DNA from: Gemmatimonadota bacterium | GTDB lineage: Bacteria; Gemmatimonadota; Gemmatimonadetes; Gemmatimonadales; GWC2-71-9 | Assembly: GCA_041477065.1 (NCBI GenBank) | Contig: JBGOUQ010000021.1 | Coordinates: 1,060 to 65,059, forward strand | Length of the DNA: 64,000 nucleotides | Direction of reading: 5' to 3' | Position numbers and translations under genes: made by a program | The notes under the pieces: model-generated | Told to the model about the DNA's origin: nothing | What the model saw: only the letters and a program-made list of their open reading frames with translations | Databases searched by the model: none | Shown here: one piece after another, positions 23,583 to 32,927 of the stretch | How the letters are laid out: each line of letters opens with the position of its first letter | Numbering within the stretch: position 1 is the first letter of the stretch

Positions 23583-25754
23583 ATGGCCACCCACCAACCG
23601 TACATTCCCGCGTCCCAGGCGCCTGCGGAGCTCACGGCGCGGTCGCTGCTGCTCGGCGTGATCCTCGGCCTCATCTTCAGCGCCTCGAGCGTATACCTCG
23701 CGCTCAAGATCGGGCTCACCGTGAGCACGTCGATCCCGATCGCCGTCCTCTCGATCACGATTTTCCGGGCCCTCGGCAAGACCTCGATCCTCGAGAACAA
23801 CATCGTTCAGACCACCGGCTCGGCGAGCGATTCCGTGGCCGCCGGCGTCGTGTTCACGATCCCGGCGATCCTGCTCATGGGCTACGACCTCGACATCGGC
23901 CGCGTGGCGATCCTCGCGACGGTGGGCGGGCTGATGGGCGTGCTGATGATGATTCCGCTGCGCCGGGCGCTGATCGTGAAGGAGCACGAGACGCTGATTT
24001 ACCCCGAGGGCACTGCCTGCGCCGAAGTGCTGATCGCCGGCGAGGAGCGCGGGCTCCAGGCCAAGCGGGTGTTTCAGGCGTTCGGCGTCGGCTTCGTCTA
24101 CAAGTTCCTGATGGGCGGACTCAAGCTGTGGCGCGACGTGCCAGGCAAGGCGCTCGGCTTCTACCCGGGGGCGGCCGTTTCCACCGAGATCTCCCCGGAG
24201 CTGCTGGGCGTCGGATACATCATCGGCCCGCGCATCGCCGGGTACCTGTTCGCCGGGGGCTGCCTGGCGTACCTGGTGCTGGCGCCGGCGATCAAGCTCG
24301 TCGGCTCCGGGCTCGCCGAGCCGTTCGGGTTCCCGGCGGTGAAGCTGATCCGCGACATGAGCCCCGGAGAGATCCGCGCCAGCTTCGTGTTCTACATCGG
24401 CGCCGGCGCCGTCGCCTCCGCCGGGATCATCGCCCTCGCCCGCTCACTCCCGACCATCGCCAGCGCGTTCGCTTCGAGCTTCAAGGACCTGCGCGAGTCG
24501 CGCCTCGGCCAGGCAGTGAGCAAGCTGCGCACCGAGGACGATCTGCCGATTTCGCTCACCGTGGGCGGCGCGCTCGCGCTCGCGATCGTCCTCGCCCTGC
24601 TGCCGCAGATCGGCGTCAACCTGCTGGGCGCGTTTCTGATCGTGATCTTCGGCTTCTTTTTCGCGACGGTGTCCTCGCGCGTCACCGGCCAGATCGGCTC
24701 CTCGGCGAATCCGATTTCCGGCATGACGATCGCCGCGCTCCTGGGGACCTGCCTGATCTTCGTCGCCCTCGGGTGGACCGGCGTGGACCACCGCGTGCAG
24801 GCGATTTCGATCGCCGCCGTCGTGGCCGTCGCCACCGCGAACGCCGGCAACACCTCGCAGGATCTGAAGACCGGATTCCTCGTCGGCAGCACGCCGCGGC
24901 GCCAGCAGATCGCGATCCTGGTCGGCGCGCTCGCCTCCGCCGTGGTCGTGGGGTGGACGCTCACGCTGCTCAACCGCTCCTACACCTACCCCGTCCCCGA
25001 GCGCCACGCCGCCTTCAGCGCGCAAGCGCTGGCGCCCGCCGCGCGCGGCCGCGCCGCCGTGGAGGTGCTGCCCGAGACGATGACCGGGTTCCGCATCGCC
25101 GGCTCGGACTCGATGGACCGCGCCGCCTACCAGGTGGTGCGCGTGTACGTGGTGACGGAGGGCGTCGCCGCGGGCAAGTACCTGATGGACCCCGCGACGC
25201 ACGAGCTGCGCTACGTGCTCGACCCGGGAATCGGCGGGCGCATCCACGAGTTCGGCGGGCGCGCCATCCCGCGGCTCGACTCTCCCAAGGCGACCATCAT
25301 GGCGCTCATCACCGACGGCATCCTCACCCACAAACTGCCGTGGGCGCTGGTCCTGCTCGGGGTGTTCATCACGATCGCGATCGAGCTGATGGGCGTGCAG
25401 GCGCTCCCCGTCGCGGTCGGCGTGTACCTCCCGATTTCGACTTCTTCGGCGATGTTCGCCGGCGGCGTCGTGCGCTGGCTCATCGAGCGCCGCGCCAAGG
25501 CCGGGCAAGGGTCGATCGCCGAGCTCGAGTCGGGACCGGGCGTCCTGTTTTCGAGCGGCCTCATCGCCGGCGGCGCGATCTGCGGCATCGTGCTCGCCGC
25601 CTTCGCCGGCGTGTTCGGCTCGGCCGACGCGCTGGCCGAGAAGGTACCGGTCTACCACGCGCTCGGCGCGCTCGTCGATTCCCACTTGTTCGCCTTCGCG
25701 CTGTTCGCGGTGCTCGGGGCGACGCTGTTCCGGGTCGCCTCACAGAAGAGCTGA
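23583..25754 (+). CDS. OPT-family oligopeptide / metal-chelate transporter
   Basis: ORF track, 723 aa. It is polytopic, and the N-terminus ELTARSLLLGVILGLIFSASSVYLALKIGLTVSTSIPIAVLS...NNIVQTTGSA is typical of bacterial OPT proteins. Confidence 0.85.
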   Translation: MATHQPYIPASQAPAELTARSLLLGVILGLIFSASSVYLALKIGLTVSTSIPIAVLSITIFRALGKTSILENNIVQTTGSASDSVAAGVVFTIPAILLMGYDLDIGRVAILATVGGLMGVLMMIPLRRALIVKEHETLIYPEGTACAEVLIAGEERGLQAKRVFQAFGVGFVYKFLMGGLKLWRDVPGKALGFYPGAAVSTEISPELLGVGYIIGPRIAGYLFAGGCLAYLVLAPAIKLVGSGLAEPFGFPAVKLIRDMSPGEIRASFVFYIGAGAVASAGIIALARSLPTIASAFASSFKDLRESRLGQAVSKLRTEDDLPISLTVGGALALAIVLALLPQIGVNLLGAFLIVIFGFFFATVSSRVTGQIGSSANPISGMTIAALLGTCLIFVALGWTGVDHRVQAISIAAVVAVATANAGNTSQDLKTGFLVGSTPRRQQIAILVGALASAVVVGWTLTLLNRSYTYPVPERHAAFSAQALAPAARGRAAVEVLPETMTGFRIAGSDSMDRAAYQVVRVYVVTEGVAAGKYLMDPATHELRYVLDPGIGGRIHEFGGRAIPRLDSPKATIMALITDGILTHKLPWALVLLGVFITIAIELMGVQALPVAVGVYLPISTSSAMFAGGVVRWLIERRAKAGQGSIAELESGPGVLFSSGLIAGGAICGIVLAAFAGVFGSADALAEKVPVYHALGALVDSHLFAFALFAVLGATLFRVASQKS

Positions 25755-26615
25755 GTGGTGCGCGTCGTCTCGCTGCTCCCCGCGGCCACGGAAATCGTGG
25801 CCGCGCTGGGCGCCGGAGACTGGCTGGTGGGAGTCTCGCACGAGTGCGACTACCCGGACACGATCCGCGCCCTGCCCCGCGTGACGGCCACGAGCGTGGA
25901 CGCCGCACTCCCGTCCGCGGCCATCGACCGCGCCATGGCGCGGGCCAAAGCCGGCGGACCGGCGCCGGTCCGCATCGACGTCGACCTGCTGCGGCGTCTC
26001 GCTCCCGACGTCATCCTGGGGCAGTCGGTCTGCGAGGTCTGCGCCGTGGGAGAAGGCGAGCTCGCCCGCGTGCTCACGACGCTCGCGCCCGCGCCGGCGC
26101 CCCGGGTTGTGACGCTGCACGCGCATACGCTGGACGGCGTGTGGTCCGACATCCATCGGGTGGGGGAAGCGCTCGACCTCGCCGCGGAGGCGGACGAATT
26201 GGTGGCGGGGCTGCGGTACCGCCTGGACCGGCTCCGGAAGTCCCACCTCCCGACGTCCCCGCGCCCCCGAGTGCTGGTGATCGAGTGGCTCGACCCACCG
26301 TACGTGGCGGGCCATTGGGTGCCTGAGCTGGTGGAGGCCGCCGGCGGCCGGGATATCGGGGCGGCACCGGGAGAACGTTCGCGCGGGCGCACGTGGCGCG
26401 AGCTCGCCGCGTTGGCACCCGACGTGGTGGTGGTGGCGCCGTGCGGCTTCGATGTCCCGCGCGCGCGCCGGGAGTACGAATCTGTGGTCGATCCAGATGC
26501 CCGTGTCCTCTTCAGTCGACGCGTGGAATTCCTGGACGGCAACGCCTATACTTCGCGCCCCGGACCGCGGTTGGTGGACGCCGCGGACCTGCTGTCGCGG
26601 TTGATCGACCGTTGA
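25755..26615 (+). CDS. BtuF/TroA-fold (Peripla_BP_2-like) binding protein without a signal peptide
   Basis: ORF track, 286 aa. A GTG start immediately follows the OPT stop (TGAGTG). The protein begins directly with the conserved first strand RVVSLLPAATEIVAALG...VGVSHECDYP. Confidence 0.65.
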   Translation: MVRVVSLLPAATEIVAALGAGDWLVGVSHECDYPDTIRALPRVTATSVDAALPSAAIDRAMARAKAGGPAPVRIDVDLLRRLAPDVILGQSVCEVCAVGEGELARVLTTLAPAPAPRVVTLHAHTLDGVWSDIHRVGEALDLAAEADELVAGLRYRLDRLRKSHLPTSPRPRVLVIEWLDPPYVAGHWVPELVEAAGGRDIGAAPGERSRGRTWRELAALAPDVVVVAPCGFDVPRARREYESVVDPDARVLFSRRVEFLDGNAYTSRPGPRLVDAADLLSRLIDR

Positions 26616-26646
26616 CCGGAACGCCGTAGACTCCCGAGGGACGCCC

Positions 26647-27636
26647 GTGCTGCTCGCCGCCGTGGCCTGGTGCCACCTCCTTCTGTCTTCCCCCCCCCCG
26701 CGCCCGCAGGGCTCCGGACCGCGGGACACACTGCGCATCTATGCGGTGGGTGACATCAACCTGGGGCGGACCCTGGCGCGAGACTCCCTCACCCGTGGTG
26801 ACACGCTGTATCCGTTCCGCGCGCTCGTGGACACGCTGCGCGCCGCGGACGTGCTGTTCGGCAACCTCGAGAGCCCGATCGCCGCGGACGCCCACCGCTT
26901 GGAAAAGGCCGGGCTGGTTTTCACCGCCCCGCGCCACGCCGCCGCGTCGCTGGCCCGCGCCGGGTTCACGATCGTGAGCACGGCCAACAACCACGCATGG
27001 GACGGCGGGCGCGCCTCGGTGGAGGAGACAATGCGCCGTCTCACCGCGGCGGGCGTGCTGTTCGTCGGCTCGGGGTACGGTCGTCCCATGGCCGAACAGC
27101 CGGTGATCGTGCGCAAGAAGGGCTGGCGCGTGGCGTTCTTCGCGGTGACGCGCGCCTGGAACCCGGCGCCGATGGGGTTCTACGCCCACGCCGGGGCGGG
27201 CTACATCGCCTGGGGCGACCCCGCCTGGATCTACCCGGCGATTCGGGCGATCAAGGCCAGCCACCGCGTCGACCTGGTCGTGGTGAGCGTGCACGGGGGA
27301 ATGGAATACGCGGAGACGCCGCAGCCCTCCTATCAGTCCTTCCTGCGTGGGCTGGTGGATGCGGGCGCGGACCTGGTGCTGGGTCACCACCCCCACGTGC
27401 TGCAACCGGTGGTGCGCTACAAAGGCAAGCCGATCGCCCAGTCGCTCGGCAACTTCATCTTCCATCAGGAGCAGCCCTGGACCCAGCTCTCGGCCGTGCT
27501 GCGGATCGAGGTGGCGCCGGACCTGTCGATGCGCCTCTCGGCCTTGCCGGTGCGGGCGGACTACCAGGCGACCCTCGCCACAGGCGCCGCGGCGGACAGC
27601 GTCGCGCGCCGGCTGGGCGTCCCGATCACCCACTGA
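26647..27636 (+). CDS. CapA-family (PGA_cap metallophosphatase-like) protein
   Basis: ORF track, 329 aa. Motifs are VGDINLG, FGNLESP, STANNHAWDGG, VSVHGGMEY and LGHHPHVLQP. Confidence 0.8.
   Translation: MLLAAVAWCHLLLSSPPPRPQGSGPRDTLRIYAVGDINLGRTLARDSLTRGDTLYPFRALVDTLRAADVLFGNLESPIAADAHRLEKAGLVFTAPRHAAASLARAGFTIVSTANNHAWDGGRASVEETMRRLTAAGVLFVGSGYGRPMAEQPVIVRKKGWRVAFFAVTRAWNPAPMGFYAHAGAGYIAWGDPAWIYPAIRAIKASHRVDLVVVSVHGGMEYAETPQPSYQSFLRGLVDAGADLVLGHHPHVLQPVVRYKGKPIAQSLGNFIFHQEQPWTQLSAVLRIEVAPDLSMRLSALPVRADYQATLATGAAADSVARRLGVPITH
26690..26699. repeat. C10 homopolymer in the CapA signal region (codes PPP)
   Basis: Counted directly in the sequence. Confidence 0.95.
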
Positions 27637-27647
27637 CGGCGGACCTC

Positions 27648-28712
27648 ATGACCCAGACGCTGGCTTTTCTGAAGAAGCTCCTCGACACTCCCGGCCCCTC
27701 CGGCTTCGAGGCCGCGCCGGCGCGGGTATGGCGCGAGGAGGTGCAGACCTTCGCCGACGAGGTACGGGCCGATACGCACGGCAACTCGATCGCGGCCGTG
27801 AACCCCAAGGGGAAGCCGCGGCTGATGCTCGCCGGCCACGTGGACGAGATCGGCTTGCAGATCACGCACGTGGACGACGAAGGGTACCTGTACTTCGCAG
27901 GCATCGGCGGCTGGGACTCGCAGGTCCTCGTGGGTCAGCGCGTGGTGATCGCCGGGCCGGCGGGGGCGGTGCGGGGGGTGATCGGCAAGAAGGCGGCGCA
28001 CCTCATGAAGAAGGAGGAGTTCGAGAAGGTCTCTCAGATTCTGGATCTGTGGATCGACGTCGGCGCGGCGAACAAGGCCGAAGCCCTCGAGCGGGTGCGC
28101 ATCGGGGACGCCGGCGTGCTCGATGCGCCGAGCCTCGACTTCCCCAACGGGCGGATCGTCTCGCGCAGCATCGACAACCGGATCGGGGCCTACGTCGTCG
28201 CGGAGGCGCTGCGGCTGCTGGCGCAGGACCGGCCGAAGCAGGCGGGGGTGTTCGCGGTGGCCACGAGCCGGGAGGAGATCGCGTGGACGGGGGGCGGCGC
28301 GCGCACCAGCGCCGTGGGGCTCGACCCGCAGGTCGCGCTGGTGGTGGATGTGACGCACGCGACGGACTGGCCCGGCGCCGAGAAGAAGCAGGTGGGCGAC
28401 CACAAGCTCGGTGGGGGCCCCGTCTTCGCCCGCGGCTCGGCGACCCACCCGAAGGTGTTCGCGCTGCTGGTCGAATGTGCCGAGCAGGAGAAGATCCCCT
28501 ACACCGTGCAGGCGGCCCCGCGCGACACCGGCACCGACGCCGACTCGATCTACAACGCGATGCGGGGCATCCCGACGGGACTCGTCTCGGTGCCGAACCG
28601 CTACATGCACACGCCCAACGAGATGGTGGCGCTGGCGGACCTGGAGCGGGCGGCGCGGCTGCTCGCGGCGTTCGCCCGGCGGCTCACGCCAGACCTGAGC
28701 TTCATCCCGTAG
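27648..28712 (+). CDS. M42-family aminopeptidase (FrvX / endoglucanase-like)
   Basis: This is the in-frame tail of track ORF 26997..28712, starting at ATG 27648. It reads MTQTLAFLKKLLDTPGPSGFE...LAGHVDEIGLQITHV...SRSIDNRIG...VPNRYMHTPNEM. Confidence 0.88.
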   Translation: MTQTLAFLKKLLDTPGPSGFEAAPARVWREEVQTFADEVRADTHGNSIAAVNPKGKPRLMLAGHVDEIGLQITHVDDEGYLYFAGIGGWDSQVLVGQRVVIAGPAGAVRGVIGKKAAHLMKKEEFEKVSQILDLWIDVGAANKAEALERVRIGDAGVLDAPSLDFPNGRIVSRSIDNRIGAYVVAEALRLLAQDRPKQAGVFAVATSREEIAWTGGGARTSAVGLDPQVALVVDVTHATDWPGAEKKQVGDHKLGGGPVFARGSATHPKVFALLVECAEQEKIPYTVQAAPRDTGTDADSIYNAMRGIPTGLVSVPNRYMHTPNEMVALADLERAARLLAAFARRLTPDLSFIP

Positions 28713-30645
28713 AGGGCGCCGGCCGCTTTCTGAGCTCCGCCAGGGCCCCCTGAGCGGCGGCGTTGACCTGCCGATCGGAATCGCCGACCAGCCCCTGCAA
28801 CGTCCCGACGGCCGCCGGCGTGCCGGCCAGCCGCAGCGCCTCGACCGCGGCGACGCGCAAACCGGTGGGCTTGCGGCGGAACAACTTGCCGGCCGGCTGC
28901 GCGAACTTGATCAGCGCCTGGACGGCGTCGGGGCTGCCGATGCGCCCCAGGGCGAGGACCAGCTCGCGCTGCACCTCCGCGTCCTTTTCGTCTTCCAGGG
29001 CGACCACGAGCGGCATCGCCAGCGCCGCCGCCTTGCGGCCGCCGACCCCGAGGGCGGCGTGGAGGCGCACCCCCGCCGATGGGTCGCGGAAGGCGCGGCG
29101 CAACGGCTCCGCCGCGGCACGGCTACCGATCTTCGCGAGCGCTAGCGCCACGGCCTTTCGGACGCGCTCGTCCTCGTGCTCGAGCTGCTTGGCCAGCGCC
29201 GGCACGGCGTCCTCCAGCGACAGCTCCCCCACCAGCTCCGCGATGTTGCGCACCACGAACCATTGGTGGTGGCCGAGCATGTTGACGAGCTGGTCGGCCC
29301 CCTGTTTGATCTGCGTGAGCGCGTTGAAGACGTGGCGCCGCTCGTTCACGGTCGGGGCGGCGACGAGCAGGTCGAGCAGTACTTCCACGCCGTCGGCGCC
29401 GGCGCGCCGCAGCGCGGATGTCGCGTCCGCCTGGTAGGCGGGGACCGTCGCCATCTGCGCCAGCGTCTCGAGCGTCGACTTGGTGAACATCCGCTTCAAC
29501 GCGATGCCGTAGTTCCGCCGCGCGCTCCCCTCCGGGACCGTCTGCTCGATCCGGATCAGGCCGGTGATGATCTGCAACGCCTCTTCGATCTTCTGGGCCT
29601 TGGCGGCGCCCTCGACCTGCCGCGCCAGCACCGCCAGCGTATCGCCCACACCGGGGGCCCGCGGATCCCGCTCGAGCTCGGCCAGTACGTCGAGTATCCC
29701 CTTGCTGCGCGCCACCGCCGGCGCGAACACGCTCGAAGCGGCCTCGCGGACGATCTGCGGCTGCGACGGCCGGCCCTCGGCTTTCGGGGGCGGCGGCGGG
29801 GGAATGACAACGGCCGCGGGCGCGACGGGCGGCTCCTCCGGAGGCGGAGGGGCGTGGGGCTCAGGGGCGTAGGACCCGGACGCCCGCGCTGGATCCGGCA
29901 TCGCCACCTCCTCTCCCGCCGCCCCGTCGGGGGTCGTCGAGATCTGCTCCACATCCTCAACGCCCCCGACTGGGGTGGCGGCCTTGGCGATGTCGGTCAT
30001 CGGATCGCCGCGCAGCAAGCCGCTCGTGCCCATGGAGTCACGCTGAGAGTGCGTGGGGGGCGTTGGGGGCGGGGGGGGGGGGGGAGGAGGTGGAGGGGGT
30101 GGAGGAGAAGGAAGTGGGGGGACAAGAGACGCGAGTGGCGCCGAAAGCGCGAGTGGAGTCGGAGCAAGCGGCGGCAGCGCGAGAGACGACCGCGACGGAG
30201 CGGCGGCGGCAGTGGGAGCAGGGGCCGGCGGCGTCACCACCGGAGGCTCCGGTGGCAAGTCCGTCAGCCGCGCGATCGAGACCGACACCCGATACGCTCC
30301 CGACGCGCGCAGGCGGGAATCGATGTCGGTAGTGCCGCCCGGTTGGTCCGCCAGCGCCTTCAGCAACTCGAAGACATGGCTCACCGGGGCATCCTGGGGA
30401 ATCGTCAGCTGATCCACACCGTGGAGCTGGAGCCGCTCCACCAGCAGCGCGAACTCGGGGCCCGGGAGCAGAGCACCGTTTATCGAAATGCCGCCGTCGT
30501 CCACCCGGACCGTGACGCTCTGGTTCTTGAGCAGGGCCACCAACGCGCGGAACTCCCGCTTCTGATCCTCCTTCTTCGCGGGATCGCGAAACAGGTCCAC
30601 GGCGCGCGTCAGATGCGCGGCGAATGTTTCGGCAGCGAACGGCAT
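28702..30645 (-). CDS. HEAT-repeat protein with long Pro-rich linker including a 14-Pro run
   Basis: ORF track, 647 aa. The C-terminus has PBS-lyase-type HEAT repeats (VRKAVALALAKIG...AGVRLHAALGVG...AEVQRELVLALGRIGSPDAV). The middle is about 200 aa of P/A-rich sequence. The start lies 22 nt downstream of the ECF ATPase stop. Confidence 0.8.
   Translation of the reverse strand: MPFAAETFAAHLTRAVDLFRDPAKKEDQKREFRALVALLKNQSVTVRVDDGGISINGALLPGPEFALLVERLQLHGVDQLTIPQDAPVSHVFELLKALADQPGGTTDIDSRLRASGAYRVSVSIARLTDLPPEPPVVTPPAPAPTAAAAPSRSSLALPPLAPTPLALSAPLASLVPPLPSPPPPPPPPPPPPPPTPPTHSQRDSMGTSGLLRGDPMTDIAKAATPVGGVEDVEQISTTPDGAAGEEVAMPDPARASGSYAPEPHAPPPPEEPPVAPAAVVIPPPPPPKAEGRPSQPQIVREAASSVFAPAVARSKGILDVLAELERDPRAPGVGDTLAVLARQVEGAAKAQKIEEALQIITGLIRIEQTVPEGSARRNYGIALKRMFTKSTLETLAQMATVPAYQADATSALRRAGADGVEVLLDLLVAAPTVNERRHVFNALTQIKQGADQLVNMLGHHQWFVVRNIAELVGELSLEDAVPALAKQLEHEDERVRKAVALALAKIGSRAAAEPLRRAFRDPSAGVRLHAALGVGGRKAAALAMPLVVALEDEKDAEVQRELVLALGRIGSPDAVQALIKFAQPAGKLFRRKPTGLRVAAVEALRLAGTPAAVGTLQGLVGDSDRQVNAAAQGALAELRKRPAPSTG
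30071..30084. repeat. G14 homopolymer (part of the poly-Pro coding run, in frame)
   Basis: Counted directly. The frame is verified across the tract (CCT CCT CCC x4 CCG CCC CCA ACG). Confidence 0.95.
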
Positions 30646-30667
30646 CGGCTGTCAATCTAGCGGCCGG

Positions 30668-31483
30668 TCACTCCCCCCTGCAACGCACAGCCAGCGCGAC
30701 CGCCACGGCGGCGGCCCGCACGGGCGTGCCCGGCAGGTCGAGCGCGAGCGAGAGCTCGACGAGGGGAGGCGGCGCGAGCCCCAGCGGCGCGAGCCGGACC
30801 GGCGACGCCAGCAGCCCGGCGAGCGGCTCGTCACAGGCGAGGCGGCCCGCGTCGAGCACCAGGGCGCGGTCCAGCGTCTCCGCCGCGAAGCCGAGATCGT
30901 GGGTCACCACGAGCAGCGTCACCCCGGCCGCCGCACGCATGGCGAGTGCGCGGGCGACGCGGGCCTGGAGCGCCCGATCGAGTCCGGAGGTCGGCTCGTC
31001 CAGTACGAGCACCGCGGGCTCGAGGGCGAGCGCCCCGGCCAGCGCGGCGAGCTTGCGGAACGGCGGCGGCAGGTCGTAGGGATGCTCGTCGGCCACGGAC
31101 GCGAGCTCGAGCGCCTCGAGCGCCGTAGCGGTGCGCCGCGCACACTCCTGGACGCCCAGGCCGAGCGCCCGCGGGCCGAACGCCACATCCTCGCGCACGG
31201 TGCGGGCGAACAGCTGCTGATCGGCGTGCTGGAACACCGAGCCCACGCGCCGCGCCAGCTCCTCCGGCCGGCGGCCGCGCGTGTCCCAGTCCCCGACCCA
31301 GACGGCTCCGGCGTCGGGATGCCGCAAGGCGGTGACGAGGCGAGTGAGCGTGGACTTCCCCGCTCCGTTGCGGCCGAGCAGGGCGACCCGCTCACCGGAC
31401 TCGAGGGCGAACGACACGTCTTGCAGCACGGGAGCGCCGCCGTAGGAGAACGCCACGCCGTCGAACCGCAGCGCCGCGGTCAC
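30668..31483 (-). CDS. ECF-transporter ATPase A' (consensus Walker A/B and H-loop, degenerate signature motif)
   Basis: This is the tail of track ORF 30668..31762, from GTG 31483 (GTGA overlap). Motifs are GRNGAGKST, VLVLDEPTSGLD and VVTHD. The position of LSGGQ reads LPPPFRKL. Confidence 0.85.
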   Translation of the reverse strand: MTAALRFDGVAFSYGGAPVLQDVSFALESGERVALLGRNGAGKSTLTRLVTALRHPDAGAVWVGDWDTRGRRPEELARRVGSVFQHADQQLFARTVREDVAFGPRALGLGVQECARRTATALEALELASVADEHPYDLPPPFRKLAALAGALALEPAVLVLDEPTSGLDRALQARVARALAMRAAAGVTLLVVTHDLGFAAETLDRALVLDAGRLACDEPLAGLLASPVRLAPLGLAPPPLVELSLALDLPGTPVRAAAVAVALAVRCRGE

Positions 31484-32271
31484 CGCAGGCGCCCCACGGC
31501 GTCGGCGACCGTGAGCGGCACCGAGCCAGACTCCGGGCAACCGGCCGCGCGCCAGGCGCGTGCGACCGCCGGCCCGCCCGGTCCTTCGCGCCACAACGCT
31601 TCGTCGGCCAGTACCTCGGCGGGCGAGCCCGCGCGCCGGAGGCGCCCCCGGTCCATCCACACGACGCGGTCGGCCAACTCGGGCACGGCGTCCAGGTCGC
31701 TCGTCGCCACGACGACGCTTGTGCCGTCCTCCCGGGCCAGGGCGCGCACCAGTCTCCAGCACGCTCGTGCCCCCGCGGGATCGAGCTCGGCGGTGGGCTC
31801 ATCGAGGAGCAGGAGTCGCGGCTCCATCGCCAACGCGCCGGCGAGTATCGCGCGCTGCAGCTCGCCTCCGGAGAGCGTCGCGGGATCGCGCGGCGCCAGG
31901 GCGGCGATGTCGAGCCGCGCGAGGGATCGGTCCACCGCCGCGGCGATCCGCTCGCGTGGCCAGCCGAGGTTCGCGGGGCCGAACGCCACCTCGTCCCACA
32001 CCGTAAACGCCATGCCCGAGACCTGCGTCCAAGGGGTCGGCAGGACGATCGCGACTTCGGTGTCCCGCTTCACGTCTCCCGTGAGCCGGCCGCCCACGAC
32101 GCGCGGCGCAAGGCCGGCGACGACGAGGAGCAGCGTCGATCCACCCGCGCCGACGCTGCCGACCAGCGCGACCACCTCGCCCGGCGCGACGGTCAGAGTG
32201 ACGTCGGACAGAGCGGGCCGCTCCATGGCCGGATACCAGTAGCTCACGCCGTCCAAGCTCAGCCGCGCCAC
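31480..32271 (-). CDS. ECF-transporter ATPase A (degenerate Walker A and H-loop, consensus signature)
   Basis: This is the tail of track ORF 31480..32955, from GTG 32271. Walker A reads GSVGAGGST, with Gly where Lys is expected (codon 32140-32142 = GGA). The signature is LSGGELQR, Walker B is LLLLDEPTAELD, and the H-loop position reads VATSD. Confidence 0.85.
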   Translation of the reverse strand: MARLSLDGVSYWYPAMERPALSDVTLTVAPGEVVALVGSVGAGGSTLLLVVAGLAPRVVGGRLTGDVKRDTEVAIVLPTPWTQVSGMAFTVWDEVAFGPANLGWPRERIAAAVDRSLARLDIAALAPRDPATLSGGELQRAILAGALAMEPRLLLLDEPTAELDPAGARACWRLVRALAREDGTSVVVATSDLDAVPELADRVVWMDRGRLRRAGSPAEVLADEALWREGPGGPAVARAWRAAGCPESGSVPLTVADAVGRLR

Positions 32272-32927
32272 ACGAGCCTCCAGGCGAGCGCGAGGACGCA
32301 GGCCAGGACCAGTCCCCACCGGGCCGACCGCTGCGCCGGCGAATCGGGAGGCGGCGCCAGCGGCGTGCGACGATGGCCCGCGGCGAGCCCGCGGGATTCG
32401 AGCGCGAGCGCGCGCTCGTCGACCTCGTGCAATGCCGAGAGCACGAGCGGGAGGGCGAGGGCGCGCAGGGCGCGGAAGCGCGCGGCCGGGCTGCCGCGAG
32501 GCGACAACCCACGGCAGCGCTGTGCCTCGACGATGCGGCGCGCCCGCTGCCGCAGCACCGGCACCGCGGACAGCGTCGCCGCGAAGAGATAGGCGCTCGG
32601 CGCCCCCCACCCCGCGGCGACCATCGCCTCCACCAGTCGCGCCGGTGGCAGCACGGCCACCAGCCACACGAAGGACGCGATCATCGCTGTGAGCCGGACG
32701 CCGTAGGCCGTCATCCCGGTCACGCCATGAAGAATGAAGAGGAAGAGCCAGAACGGCGCCGCCGTGAGCAGCGCGGGCAGCAGCACCCGCCGCGGTCCCG
32801 CGGCGGCGGCGAGCAGGAGCGCTACGCAGGCGGGAGCGAGCGCGCCGCCCGGCGCGGGGAGGATCCACGCCAGGAGCGGCAAGCTCGCCGCGAGCGCCAA
32901 CAGGGTGAACGGGTGGAGCCGACTCAC
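32259..32927 (-). CDS. ECF-transporter transmembrane (T, CbiQ/EcfT-like) component
   Basis: This is the tail of track ORF 32259..33158, from GTG 32927 (GTGA overlap). It is polytopic and ends with the Arg-rich coupling region ...RARRIVEAQRCRG...ALESRG. Confidence 0.75.
   Translation of the reverse strand: MSRLHPFTLLALAASLPLLAWILPAPGGALAPACVALLLAAAAGPRRVLLPALLTAAPFWLFLFILHGVTGMTAYGVRLTAMIASFVWLVAVLPPARLVEAMVAAGWGAPSAYLFAATLSAVPVLRQRARRIVEAQRCRGLSPRGSPAARFRALRALALPLVLSALHEVDERALALESRGLAAGHRRTPLAPPPDSPAQRSARWGLVLACVLALAWRLVWRG

Noticed and set aside
24128-26326. A 732-aa plus-strand ORF overlapping the OPT and BtuF-like genes in another frame. The 413-aa minus ORF at 24444..25685 was considered with it.
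   Set aside because: It is off-frame to a polytopic transporter with good hydrophobic periodicity. The composition is Arg/Pro-dominated.
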